The notes: generated from the letters alone by a model not told the origin. A stretch of 64,000 nucleotides of DNA from Eledone cirrhosa (GCA_964016885.1 OZ024759.1:34286001-34350000); one strand, 5' to 3'. Shown: positions 26,085 through 39,470, counted from the stretch's first letter. Made by a program: numbers and translations.

Positions 26085-26668
26085 GCAGTGGATTCGCAGT
26101 ATCGGTAGAGGGTCAGACGTCATGCTTTCCAGCATAGAGTTACGTCCCTTTATGATCTTAGTTCAAATCCCGGCGAGGTTAACTTTGCCTTTCAGCCTTT
26201 CGGGGTCGATAAAATAAAGTACCAGACAGGCACTGGGGAGGATTCATTCGACTTACCCCTCCCTCAAATTTGCTGCCCTTCGGCATATATAAGAAACCAT
26301 TATTATCTAAGACGCCATGCTTTGACGCATAGAGTTACGGCCCTTGCTATTCTGAGTTCAAATCCCGCCGAGGTTAACTTTGCCTTTCATCCTTACGGGG
26401 TCGATAAAATAAAGTGCCAGTAATACACTGGGTAATTGCTGGCCTTGTGCCTAATGTAGAAACAATTATTATCTAAGACGGTGGATTGGCAGAATCGGTA
26501 GATCGTCAGACACCATGCTTTGTAGCATAAAGTTATGGCCCTTTACAATCTGAGTTCAAATCACACCGATATTAACTTTGCCTTTCATCCTTACGGGGTC
26601 GATAAAATAAAGTACCAGTAATACACTGTTAATTGCTGGCCTTGTGCCAAAAGTAGAAACAATTATTA
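26085..26668 (+). mobile_element. Three head-to-tail SINE copies
   Basis: Copies ~26085-26305 (long tail), 26310-26470, 26478-26668; junctions share ATTATTATCTAAGACG. Confidence 0.9.
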
Positions 26669-26714
26669 TCTTTAAAAAAACATGGTGGCAAAACAAATTT
26701 AATCCTCAAAGAAG

Positions 26715-26935
26715 TCCAGCCGTTCAACTTTATGTTCAGCTCAAAGATCACTCAAAGTTCAGCTCTCAAGGTCAATTCAAACTTCAGCTCAAAGATCAAC
26801 ACAAAATTCAGCTCAAAGTTCAATTTAAAGGGGGGGGGGGGGGGGTTCTTGCGAGCAGATGCAATAAATAGTTTATAATAAATAGTATAACAATAAATAG
26901 TTTATAATAAATAGTGTAACAATAAATAGTTTATA
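26715..26935. repeat. Degenerate 12-bp-period repeat plus 29-bp tandem repeat
   Basis: TTCAGCTCAAAG-like units 26715-26828; CAATAAATAGTTTATAATAAATAGT(A/G)TAA x~2.5 from 26861. Confidence 0.7.
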
Positions 26936-27057
26936 ATATAGGGGGAAGACTCCTAAAGAGTGAAAAACAAGTTGACATCGGTGGCTAAAAGGAATTGAAC
27001 TCTGTAACTCCCAGTTATATGTGGGTCAAAGCTGGACGCGTTAACCATATATATATA

Positions 27058-27113
<56 letters not shown>

Positions 27114-27243
27114 TGTGTGTGTGTCTGTGTGTGTGTATGTGTGTGTGTGTGTGTGTCTATATATACATAAATGCATGGGTGCATGTACGTATGCATGTGT
27201 GTACAGACATTTATATATATATATGTATATATATATATGTATA

Positions 27244-27296
<53 letters not shown>

Positions 27297-27644
27297 GCAT
27301 GCCCGAATATATTTTTTCTTTTCTTGTAGTTTTGTAATTGAAGAAGCTGTGTAGTTACTTATATGAATCTGTGGCGACATCTGAAAATGTAGTTAATGTC
27401 TGATTAGATATGACAAAATAATAAATGAATAAACCTATTAATCTATTTATATTTATATATATGCGTCTGTCTAGTCTCTAATAGTTCATAATATAACAAC
27501 ATATACGAGTAAAGTAAGCTTAGCAGGTGAAAAGATTTTTGCTACAACGAATCAAGGAAACCAGTTATATGTATGCATTATGATACCAACATATGGAGAT
27601 TATTTGATATGGTAGCACAGATATGAATATAAAGTTAGTATATA

Positions 27645-27683
<39 letters not shown>

Positions 27684-27939
27684 TCCCTTATATATATATA
27701 TTCTCCCGGGATTTGACTACTGTGAGTTTGAGTTTACGGATTAATGGTGAAATATATTTCTTTAATGAAATATATACAAGGAACATTAATCATTTTAAAA
27801 GGTATCAATATTTGAAGTTCTAGTTAAACTTTAATTAGTTACCTAACAAGCTGTGTGTGCTTACACACTTTACAAATTATCCCCTGTGATTGCGTGATGT
27901 GTTTATTTTAGATATATATATGTCAATCAATTTCTAATT

Positions 27940-27976
<37 letters not shown>

Positions 27977-28020
27977 ATACACATATTTAATTAAATATAT
28001 ATATATATTTATATATATAT

Positions 28021-28182
28021 ATATACAATGATATTAAATAAATGGAAACCATATTTATAAAACCATATTTATATGGTTTCCATTTATTTGATATGATTGT
28101 ATATTATACTCTAGAAAACTTGTTGAGTGCTCTGATTCAGTTATAAACATTTATATTTGTTGAATTACAAACAAAGTGTCTG

Positions 28183-28186
<4 letters not shown>
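28021..28186 (+). mobile_element. (TA)n-embedded fold-back element
   Basis: Arms 28021-28054 / 28071-28104, tail TATACTC...TTGAGTGCTC (28125); related to 28560-28785 and 53298-53701. Confidence 0.7.
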
Positions 28187-28250
<64 letters not shown>

Positions 28251-28256
<6 letters not shown>

Positions 28257-28450
28257 GCTTAAAGCGTCCGTGTGCGGTAGGCCGTTTGACCACTCGATGC
28301 TCTCATAGAGCAGAGTATGATATCACGAAAAAGTGCTTCCTAGAATCAAGACGTGTCTAAGAACCTTGCGATTTTCAGAGTCGGGTTCGATCATCACATC
28401 GATCGTGCCTCGAGCTGATCTCCAGAGAAACGATTGTAATATGTCCAAAA
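28251..28450 (-). mobile_element. Relative of the 19802 element (tail on minus strand)
   Basis: Minus: GTGATATCATACTC...CATCGAGTGGTCAAACGGCCTACCGC, homologous to 19914-19955; GAAACGATTGTAATATGTC shared with the 19802 spacer. Confidence 0.6.
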
Positions 28451-28586
28451 AATGAAATTGAAAGATAAGAGAAGCTGAAGGAAATGGGAGAAAATGAGTT
28501 TTGAAAAATTATTTTCACTATCTTCAATGAACTTCTAACATGAAGTTCACATAAAGATATGCCACTATCTTTACACAAATTATTGC

Positions 28587-28645
28587 ATTTTATCAGACGA
28601 AAGCTTACTAAAATATTGGTACCCTTGAAATACTTATAATAAAAT
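28587..28645 (+). ncRNA. Degenerate minimal hammerhead ribozyme motif
   Basis: ATTTTAT-CAGACGA-AAG..CTT-GAAA-TACTTATA-ATAAAAT; homologous to 53615-53683 but with the core U4 changed to A. Confidence 0.5.
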
Positions 28646-29242
28646 AAATATGGTTTTATAAATATATTTTCCATTTATTAATATTATTGATATCAATTAT
28701 ACTCGGGAAAAAGTCGTTGAGTGCTTCTAATCTGTTATAAATTAACTTTGTTGAATAATTAACAAACCAAATAACTCATTGTTTATATATATATATATAT
28801 GATAGTATGGGGGGGGGGACTGTTGTCTTCGTTGTGTTTGTATTACTGACATAGTTGTTTAAACATTCTGCGCTGGTAGATATTGTTCAATAGTCTGTTT
28901 TTTCATGTCCGATTTCGTAGATTTCCTATTGGATAACTACGGCCTGACCTATAATACTAGTTTCAAATAATATAACGTTCATTTGATCTTAGATTCACCA
29001 TGGCGTCTCAAGTATCAATGTTAATAGCTGTATGACTATCTCTGAGGTTGATGACATCCTGTTCGTGTCACCAATACACAGTCCTTGGGGCTATTATCTC
29101 AGACGTTGTTTCAAGCAACTAACAGTGTAAAACCTAACACTTACTCGTTTCATTTTTACGACACTGTAACCGGTTCCTGAGCCACACCCACCGGATGTAG
29201 TAGATATATATGTTATCTCGGAGGCGCCATCATAATTGCTGG

Positions 29243-29291
<49 letters not shown>

Positions 29292-29559
29292 CGATACTGT
29301 TTTTTGTGTCAACATTTCTCCACTTCCATAGAAATACAAAATAACTTCCGATCCGTTTCATGACTTTTCAACAATGTTTATTTGTCATGAAAGTACGTTG
29401 AGTGCCCATGGGCTGAAATTCCAACAACTACAGCTACAACAACTAGCACAATCTAGGCCAATGAAATTAATGTGAACTACAACATTATTTGATGAATGTG
29501 TCTTTTTTTATAGCTTTTTTGGCATATGTGTTGTTTTTCAATTGTTTATGTTTATTTCT

Positions 29560-29614
<55 letters not shown>

Positions 29615-29781
29615 AGTAGAGAAATTATTGTAGCAATATATATATATTTATATTTATTTATTTATTCATTTTAATCATTTAGTTTATATATATATATATT
29701 ATTTATTGCATATATTTGTTTATTTTTTTAATTATTATATATTTCTCATCTATTGGATATACTTGTTTTTTATATATATTG

Positions 29782-29862
<81 letters not shown>

Positions 29863-30188
29863 TTATTTCCTCTGAATTGTAAAGCTTGTGTGAAAAACAA
29901 GACAAACACATATCAGACGCAAAGTCTAAAATGAAATACGTCATTTCACAAAAACAAAAAACATTTCAAAACATTAGTAATTAGTTGTAAAGATTTTCTC
30001 GTCTTTAACTCATTGTGTCTTCCGTGTTAAATACTAAATAAGTGTTTGGTATTTCAATCTTATCTCAGTCACCAACGAAAGGACGTAAGTAGCCAAAGGT
30101 GGGAAGGAAGGAAGTAGGAACGCTAGATAATATACCAGATCTCCTTCGCTTAAAGGGTGTGGTGCTGGTGGTGCGGACTCGGGAAAAC

Positions 30189-33100
30189 GGACCAAGGAGA
30201 CAATGTTTCCATTGGTCTTTCTATTGCTGATACTATCTGTTGGTAAACAGATCGGACCAAGGAGACAATGTTTTTTCCATTGGTCTTTCTATTGTTGATA
30301 CTATATGTTGGTCAACAGATTGGACCAAGGAGACAATGTTTCCATTGGTCTGTCTATTGCTGATACTATCTGTTGGTCAACAGATTGGACCAAGGAGACA
30401 ATGTTTCCATTGGTCTTTCTATTGCTGATACTATCTGTTGGTCAACAGATTGGACCAAGGAGACAATGTTTCCATTGGTCTTTCTATTGCTGATACTATC
30501 TGTTGGTCAACAGATTGGACCAAGGAGACAATGTTTCCATTGGTCTTTCTATTGTTGATACTATATGTTGGTCAACAGATTGGACCAAGGAGACAATGTT
30601 TCCATTGGTCTTTCTATTGCTGATACTATCTGTTGGTCAACAGATTGGACCAAGGAGACAATGTTTCCATTGGTCTTTCTATTGCTGATACTATCTGTTG
30701 GTCAACAGATTGGACCAAGGAGACAATGTTTCCATTGGTCTTTCTATTGCTGATACTATCTGTTGGTCAACAGATTGGACCAAGGAGACAATGTTTCCAT
30801 TGGTCTTTCTATTGTTGATACTATCTGTTGGTCAACAGATTGGACCAAGGAGACAATGTTTCCATTGGTCTTTCTATTGTTGATACTATATGTTGGTCAA
30901 CAGATTGGACCAAGGAGACAATGTTTCCATTGGTCTTTCTATTGCTGATACTATCTGTTGGTCAACAGTTGGACCAAGGAGACAATGTTTCCATTGGTCT
31001 TTCTATTGTTGATACTATATGTTGGTCAACAGATTGGACCAAGGAGACAATGTTTCCATTGGTCTTTCTATTGCTGATACTATATGTTGGTCAACAGATT
31101 GGACCAAGGAGACAATGTTTCCATTGGTCTTTCTATTGCTGATACTATATGTTGGTCAACAGATTGGACCAAGGAGACAATGTTTCCATTGGTCTTTCTA
31201 TTGCTGATACTATCTGTTGGTCAACAGATTGGACCAAGGAGACAATGTTTCCATTGGTCTTTCTATTGTTGATACTATCTGTTGGTCAACAGATTGGACC
31301 AAGGAGACAATGTTTCCATTGGTCTTTCTATTGTTGATACCATCTGTTGGTCAACAGATTGGACCAAGGAGACAATGTTTCCATTGGTCTTTCTATTGCT
31401 GATACTATATGTTGGTCAACAGATTGGACCAAGGAGATAATGTTTCCATTGGTCTTTCTATTGCTGATACTATCTGTTGGTCAACAGATTGGACCAAGGA
31501 GACAATGTTTCCATTGGTCTTTCTATTGTTGATACTATCTGTTGGTCAACAGATTGGACCAAGGAGACAATGTTTCCATTGGTCTTTCTATTGCTGATAC
31601 TATATGTTGGTCAACAGATTGGACCAAGGAGACAATGTTTCCATTGGTCTTTCTATTGCTGATACTATCTGTTGGTCAACAGATTGGACCAAGGAGACAA
31701 TGTTTCCATTGGTCTTTCTATTGTTGATACTATCTGTTGGTCAACAGATTGGACCAAGGAGACAATGTTTCCATTGGTCTTTCTATTGTTGATACCATCT
31801 GTTGGTCAACAGATTGGACCAAGGAGACAATGTTTCCATTGGTCTTTCTATTGCTGATACTATATGTTGGTCAACAGATTGGACCAAGGAGATAATGTTT
31901 CCATTGGTCTTTCTATTGCTGATACTATCTGTTGGTCAACAGATTGGACCAAGGAGACAATGTTTCCATTGGTCTTTCTATTGTTGATACTATCTGTTGG
32001 TCAACAGATTGGACCAAGGAGACAATGTTTCCATTGGTCTTTCTATTGTTGATACCATCTGTTGGTCAACAGATTGGACCAAGGAGACAATGTTTCCATT
32101 GGTCTTTCTATTGCTGATACTATATGTTGGTCAACAGTTGGACCAAGGAGACAATGTTTCCATTGGTCTTTCTATTGCTGATACTATCTGTTGGTCAACA
32201 GATTGGACCAAGGAGACAATGTTTCCATTGGTCTTTCTATTGCTGATACTATATGTTGGTCAACAGATTGGACCAAGGAGACAATGTTTCCATTGGTCTT
32301 TCTATTGTTGATACCATCTGTTGGTCAACAGATTGGACCAAGGAGACAATGTTTCCATTGGTCTTTCTATTGTTGATACTATCTGTTGGTCAACAGATTG
32401 GACCAAGGAGACAATGTTTCCATTGGTCTTTCTATTGTTGATACCATCTGTTGGTCAACAGATTGGACCAAGGAGACAATGTTTCCATTGGTCTTTCTAT
32501 TGCTGATACTATATGTTGGTCAACAGTTGGACCAAGGAGACAATGTTTCCATTGGTCTTTCTATTGTTGATACCATCTGTTGGTCAACAGATTGGACCAA
32601 GGAGACAATGTTTCCATTGGTCTTTCTATTGTTGATACTATCTGTTGGTCAACAGATTGGACCAAGGAGACAATGTTTCCATTGGTCTTTCTATTGTTGA
32701 TACTATCTGTTGGTCAACAGATTGGACCAAGGAGACAATGTTTCCATTGGTCTTTCTATTGTTGATACCATCTGTTGGTCAACAGATTGGACCAAGGAGA
32801 CAATGTTTCCATTGGTCTTTCTATTGCTGATACTATATGTTGGTCAACAGTTGGACCAAGGAGACAATGTTTCCATTGGTCTTTCTATTGTTGATACCAT
32901 CTGTTGGTCAACAGATTGGACCAAGGAGACAATGTTTCCATTGGTCTTTCTATTGTTGATACTATCTGTTGGTCAACAGATTGGACCAAGGAGACAATGT
33001 TTCCATTGGTCTTTCTATTGTTGATACCATCTGTTGGTCAACAGATTGGACCAAGGAGACAATGTTTCCATTGGTCTTTCTATTGCTGATACTATATGTT

Positions 33101-34692
33101 GGTCAACAGTTGGACCAAGGAGACAATGTTTCCATTGGTCTTTCTATTGCTGATACTATCTGTTGGTCAACAGATTGGACCAAGGAGACAATGTTTCCAT
33201 TGGTCTTTCTATTGCTGATACTATATGTTGGTCAACAGATTGGACCAAGGAGACAATGTTTCCATTGGTCTTTCTATTGTTGATACCATCTGTTGGTCAA
33301 CAGATTGGACCAAGGAGACAATGTTTCCATTGGTCTTTCTATTGCTGATACTATATGTTGGTCAACAGTTGGACCAAGGAGACAATGTTTCCATTGGTCT
33401 TTCTATTGCTGATACTATCTGTTGGTCAACAGATTGGACCAAGGAGACAATGTTTCCATTGGTCTTTCTATTGCTGATACTATCTGTTGGTCAACAGATT
33501 GGACCAAGGAGACAATGTTTCCATTGGTCTTTCTATTGCTGATACTATCTGTTGGTCAACAGATTGGACCAAGGAGACAATGTTTCCATTGGTCTTTCTA
33601 TTGCTGATACTATCTGTTGGTCAACAGATTGGACCAAGGAGACAATGTTTCCATTGGTCTTTCTATTGCTGATACTATCTGTTGGTCAACAGATTGGACC
33701 AAGGAGACAATGTTTCCATTGGTCTTTCTATTGCTGATACTATCTGTTGGTCAACAGATTGGACCAAGGAGACAATGTTTCCATTGGTCTTTCTATTGCT
33801 GATACTATCTGTTGGTCAACAGATTGGACCAAGGAGACAATGTTTCCATTGGTCTTTCTATTGCTGATACTATATGTTGGTAAACAGATTGGACCAAGGA
33901 GACAATGTTTCCATTGGTCTTTCTATTGTTGATACTATATGTTGGTCAACAGATTGGACCAAGGAGACAATGTTTCCATTGGTCTTTCTATTGCTGATAC
34001 TATCTGTTGGTCAACAGATTGGACCAAGGAGACAATGTTTCCATTGGTCTTTCTATTGTTGATACTATATGTTGGTCAACAGATTGGACCAAGGAGACAA
34101 TGTTTCCATTGGTCTTTCTATTGCTGATACTATCTGTTGGTCAACAGATTGGACCAAAGAGACAATGTTTCCATTGGTCTTTCTATTGTTGATACTATAT
34201 GTTGGTAAACAGATTGGACCAAGGAGACAATGTTTCCATTGGTCTTTCTATTGCTGATACTATATGTTGGTAAACAGATTGGACCAACGAGACAATGTTT
34301 CCATTGGTCTTTCTATTGCTGATACTATATGTTGGTCAACAGATTGGACCAACGAGACAATGTTTCCATTGGTCTTTCTATTGCTGATACTATATGTTGG
34401 TAAACAGATTGGACCAACGAGACAATGTTTCCATTGGTCTTTCTATTGCTGATACTATCTGTTGGTCAACAGATTGGACCAAGGAGACAATGTTTCCATT
34501 GGTCTTTCTATTGCTGATACTATATGTTGGTCAACAGATTGGACCAACGAGACAATGTTTCCATTGGTCTTTCTATTGCTGATACTATATGTTGGTAAAC
34601 AGATTGGACCAACGAGACAATGTTTCCATTGGTCTTTCTATTGCTGATACTATCTGTTGGTCAACAGATTGGACCAAGGAGACAATGTTTCC
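30189..34692. repeat. 65-bp tandem satellite, ~69 units
   Basis: Unit GGACCAAGGAGACAATGTTTCCATTGGTCTTTCTATTG(C/T)TGATACTAT(C/A)TGTTGGTCAACAGATT; near-identical units, no spacers. Confidence 0.99.
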
Positions 34693-34732
34693 GGGATTGT
34701 GTTTTTTACTCGACAGAGAAGACTGTCAGACT

Positions 34733-34778
<46 letters not shown>

Positions 34779-34779
34779 C

Positions 34780-34836
<57 letters not shown>
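34733..34836. repeat. (GATA)n microsatellite
   Basis: Direct reading. Confidence 0.97.
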
Positions 34837-34837
<1 letters not shown>

Positions 34838-35191
34838 GTAATTCGATAAATCGATAGGTGAGAGAGCGATGGATCATTAGCAATATAGACATATTTATTA
34901 ATCGATAGATAGATAGATAGAAAGATAAATAGATAAAATTTATTTTTCAGTCTATAGATGTTTAATGATGAGAAAAGAAAAGAAGCAAATGAGTCCAGAA
35001 TTGCAAGATGAAGGGAAACAATATAGAGACAAGGAGAAAATGGAGGATATTCACATCTCTTTTATATCAGATCTGGTATTTTAATGGTACGTGGAGAAAG
35101 TTTACTTTTTGATGCTCAGAATATATTTGAGATGCAAACAAACACATACATACATATATACACACATACCTAAGATCATATATACATACAT

Positions 35192-35510
35192 GGTGGCTGC
35201 CAACTCGTTTTCGAGTACGGCCCCTACTTTATATCTATGTAGGAGAACCCCTACCGATGCGCTGAACAAGTGTAACTTTTTAGTCCAGCCAGCGACTTGA
35301 AAACTCTGGTACAAACACAACACTTGACAATTATTGACACATAGTGCTGGGCCAATGGCACCATGTGACGACAAGTGCAGAGAGATCTCCAGATATAAAG
35401 CAATGCCTGTGCCGTGAAGCTTTTATAGTGGGCAAAGGCACCGCACAAAGCCAGTCCCACTCTCTTAACCAAGATGATATTTACCAAAAAGAAGAACAAG
35501 TCAACATCAT
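35192..35510 (-). mobile_element. RTE-derived non-autonomous element, 5'-truncated, with TSD-like flanks
   Basis: Homologous to 11068; CCVCTRVFKSLAGLKS; ACATACCTAAG(A/G)TCATATATA at 35164 and 35521. Confidence 0.85.
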
Positions 35511-35613
35511 ATACATACATACATACCTAAGGTCATATATAACTGCTTAACTATATACATACATACAAGTATATATACACACACACACATATATATATAC
35601 ATATATATATATA

Positions 35614-35788
35614 TATTTTAATGGTACGTGGAGAAAGTTTACTTTTTGATGCTCAGAATATATTTGAGATGCAAACAAACACATACATACATATATACAC
35701 ACATACCTAAGATCATATATACATACATGGTGGCTGCCAACTCGTTTTCGAGTACGGCCCCTACATTATATCTATGTAGGAGAACCCC

Positions 35789-35791
<3 letters not shown>
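35614..35791 (+). repeat. Local direct duplication of 35077-35254
   Basis: 178 bp identical but for 1 mismatch, offset 537 bp. Confidence 0.95.
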
Positions 35792-35838
<47 letters not shown>

Positions 35839-35920
35839 TATGTGTGAGTGTGTGTATAGTTTACATTCTATATATTTATATATATATATGTGTGTGTGTG
35901 TGCGTGTGTGTGTGTGTGTG

Positions 35921-35990
<70 letters not shown>

Positions 35991-36611
35991 GTATGTATAT
36001 TTATTTATTTACATCTCCATATATAAATTTATACAGAGAGAGAATGAAAGAGAGACTGAAATGTGCGTCTGTGTTATATATATATATATATATATTTAGA
36101 ATTATTCCGGATATTATTTATTTATAATGCAAAATTGGAGTTTAGCGAGAGGGGAAATGATTTTTTCACTGTTTTTATTACTTTAATTCTGCTAGAAACT
36201 AACAGCTATATATTTATTGTCGCCTTTTTCTCGGATTATTTTCCTGATTTTGAAAATTACAAAGCAACAGTGCGACTAGCGGTTTCATTGATTTTCCTTT
36301 TTTTTTTTTTCGTTGATGCCGATAACTTGTGATAATAAGGTTTCATATTTTATATCGTTAGATTTTATTTCTTGATAAAGATGGTTTTATTGTTTTAGCA
36401 CCATACTATTTCTTGATATGGTAGTAATAAACTCTCGGGAAAGGTAGACAATAAAAGGCTTTCTAAGAAGAATCCGCCCTCCTCAGACGAGTGTTTCGAA
36501 GTAAAGGTCAGAAACTATTCCCTGACCCATTGTTTGTTCGACGTTGAGAAGGAAAGGGAAGGGTAGATAGAATAATGGACCTCTAAATGGTTGTGGGTTT
36601 GCGGGGAGCAA

Positions 36612-36661
36612 AACCTAACCCTAAATCCTATCTCTAAACCCTAACCCTAACCCCTAACCCC
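36612..36661. repeat. Degenerate (CCCTAA)n telomere-like tract
   Basis: AACCTAACCCTAAATCCTATCTCTAAACCCTAACCCTAACCCCTAACCC; a similar TTAGG-rich tract lies at ~3370-3462. Confidence 0.7.
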
Positions 36662-36774
36662 ATGGTAACTTTAAACCGATGGCCCGGGACTAACCACCCA
36701 ACCACCTTTTCATAGCTGATTGAGAACTGTAACTGTTACCTATTGCTATCGAAAGTGATGAAATGAGGAAGAGT

Positions 36775-37073
36775 CCACCCCTCAGTATTAGACTGATACA
36801 TATTTTGTTATCCAGCTCAAATAGATGAAAGGTAAATTTGGCGTGGGCAGGACTTGAACTCAGAAAGCAGAGAGCCGGACCAAATACAGGAAAGCATTCT
36901 ATTGAAGGTCAGAAATTTGAGTGGAGGGGAAAGTCGATTGAATCGATCCCAATGCAAATACTATAGACTGGACTTGATCTTTGCTCATTAAACTCTGCTG
37001 TTGGTGACCGAACTTTGTGGAGAAAAATATCTTATGTTGATGCGAAATCAACACCTGGTGCAGTTTAGCGCCA

Positions 37074-37108
<35 letters not shown>

Positions 37109-37260
37109 CATTCCTGCTACTTTATTTTACCGACCCCGTAAGAATGAAATGCAAAGCTAACCTCAGTGGGATTTGAACTCAGAACGTAAAAGGCCATAAC
37201 TTTATATTTTACAAAGCATGGTGTCTGGCGCTCAACCAATTCTACTACCAATCCACCACC
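36775..37260 (-). mobile_element. Old and younger SINE fragments
   Basis: GATGAAAGGTAAA...GACTTGAACTCAGAA (36825-36865); TACTTTATTTTACCGACCCCGTAAGAATGAAA...TTTGAACTCAG (37118-37260). Confidence 0.75.
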
Positions 37261-37782
37261 ACAAGTAGTATAGAATATAATACCAATTATATTATTGCGA
37301 ATTTAATGCGAGTTATAAGTTTTATAATAACTTGTTATAATAAAATATATTTCATTTTATGGTACATAAACTATTTTGTCTGTTGTCATAGAAACTGGTC
37401 GTATGAACTTCACTTAGATACGAAAAGTCTGCAGGAAAGTGTTTTGTTTTTTGTTGTTATTTTTTGTTGTTGCTCTTCTTCTTCTTCTTCTTCTTCTTCT
37501 TCTTCTTCTTTTTCTTCTTCTTCTTCTTCTTCTTCTTCTTCTTCTTCTTCTTCTTCTTCTTCTATATAATGTATACACACATATGTACATATATGATCTT
37601 TAAATAAGATTGTGTAATGTTTAATAAGTTTGTACGTGTTTCCTAATATATCTTTGAATGACTGTCGCCTTTCTTTGGAACACGCCTATTTATATATATA
37701 CCTATATATACATAAGTATGTATATATACATATATATATATATGTGTGTACACATGTATATATATGTATACATAGATATATG

Positions 37783-37823
<41 letters not shown>

Positions 37824-38630
37824 ACAAAGAGAGAGAGAGGGGGGTGTAGGAATAAGGGAGATTTCATTCAATTCCCCAATCCTTGGGATTAGAAAAGAAA
37901 CACAAAATAATGAAGAAAGAAATACTGAAAATATTTATTTATTTTATTTATCATTTTGCTTTTCTTTTTTCTCATCTAATTCTAGAAAAATGTTTTAATG
38001 AATTCCGTTCACTATTAAGATGTTAGTCTTTAATGATTCGTCTTATCGATCTCACCTCGATAGATAAGTCATTTATCTTTAGCTAGAGGCTTCTATGGGT
38101 TATATTTGATTATTTAGTCCTGGCTCCTTAATCAAGTTTTCGATTCAAAACTAAAGAAAGAGGGTCGATTTTAATAATTCCCATAATAGACAAGGTTTGT
38201 TGATTTATTCTCTACCAAGTAACCTTTTATTTAAATGGTTTGCTTTGTTCTTTCTGTTGTTGTTGTTGTTTGTTTCCGCACTGACACCTAGCTTCAGGTA
38301 TTTCTGCCATATATAGTATTACTTCGAGAATAAAAACGAAGGATGGACATGTTTAAATTCAGTGAAGTCTGCGCCACAATAATATTCGTAAACTTGCCCA
38401 TTTATTTAACGAGAAAAATAAGCCATCGATAATTCTTCTAGCTCTGAAGTGTTTCAGCCACACATTTGAAAATAGGAGTAGCAAAAGGGTGTACAGTGGA
38501 TACAAGATTATTTTGTTCTGTTTTAGTTGTCATCATATTTGTCAACCACATGTACAGGGAGTTTGAATATTATCACTCGGTTCGTAAATCCAACTGATAA
38601 CCTCAGTGTTTTACGTCAAAAACTCTAAGC

Positions 38631-38675
<45 letters not shown>

Positions 38676-38790
38676 CTGTTGCTTTAATGTGGGGTTGTAA
38701 TCCCACTATTTATTTAACTATTTATACTCTGCTTTGTGATGAGTACCTTACTTACTGTGGATACCACCGATTGAACCCGGGATAAACTTA

Positions 38791-38902
<112 letters not shown>

Positions 38903-39097
38903 CGCACGCATATATATATATATATACCCATGCGCCCACACACATTGATATACAATCATATTCAATAATGCTAGTAATTCACACCTCTGGTTCCATTTTC
39001 AATCTTCTCCATATGCCGACGTCATCGCTCGTAATCTTACCTAACTATTATGGAATGTAAACGCTTTATTATTTATTTTAGTTCATCTTCCACCATT

Positions 39098-39149
<52 letters not shown>

Positions 39150-39166
39150 ATGTATATACATATATA

Positions 39167-39213
<47 letters not shown>

Positions 39214-39416
39214 ATCTATATATATATATATGTTTATGTATATAATTATGTATGTATAATTATATAGAAAAATATATACTATTTCGTGAAAGGTAGAAGA
39301 CTTTATTACTCTATATGTTATTATATTCATTTTATTTCGATATTTTTAACTATAACAATGAAATACATTCAGAAAACTTTTCGCCGAGGGATAATGATAT
39401 GTTTAAGAAGTATAAT

Positions 39417-39455
<39 letters not shown>

Positions 39456-39470
39456 ATATATATACATATT

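Noticed and set aside
30189-34692. CRISPR array or repeated 61-aa ORFs
   Set aside because: Units are contiguous and near-identical with no unique spacers and no cas genes, in a eukaryotic context; 65 is not a multiple of 3, so the ORFs are frame-cycling artefacts.
30189-34692. Hammerhead satellite (minus strand CTGTTGA...GGAAACATTGTC)
   Set aside because: Core is CTGTTGA rather than CTGANGA, and stems I and II do not close properly.
36612-36661. True telomere or chromosome fusion site
   Set aside because: Only ~50 bp and degenerate; more likely internal to a repeat element.
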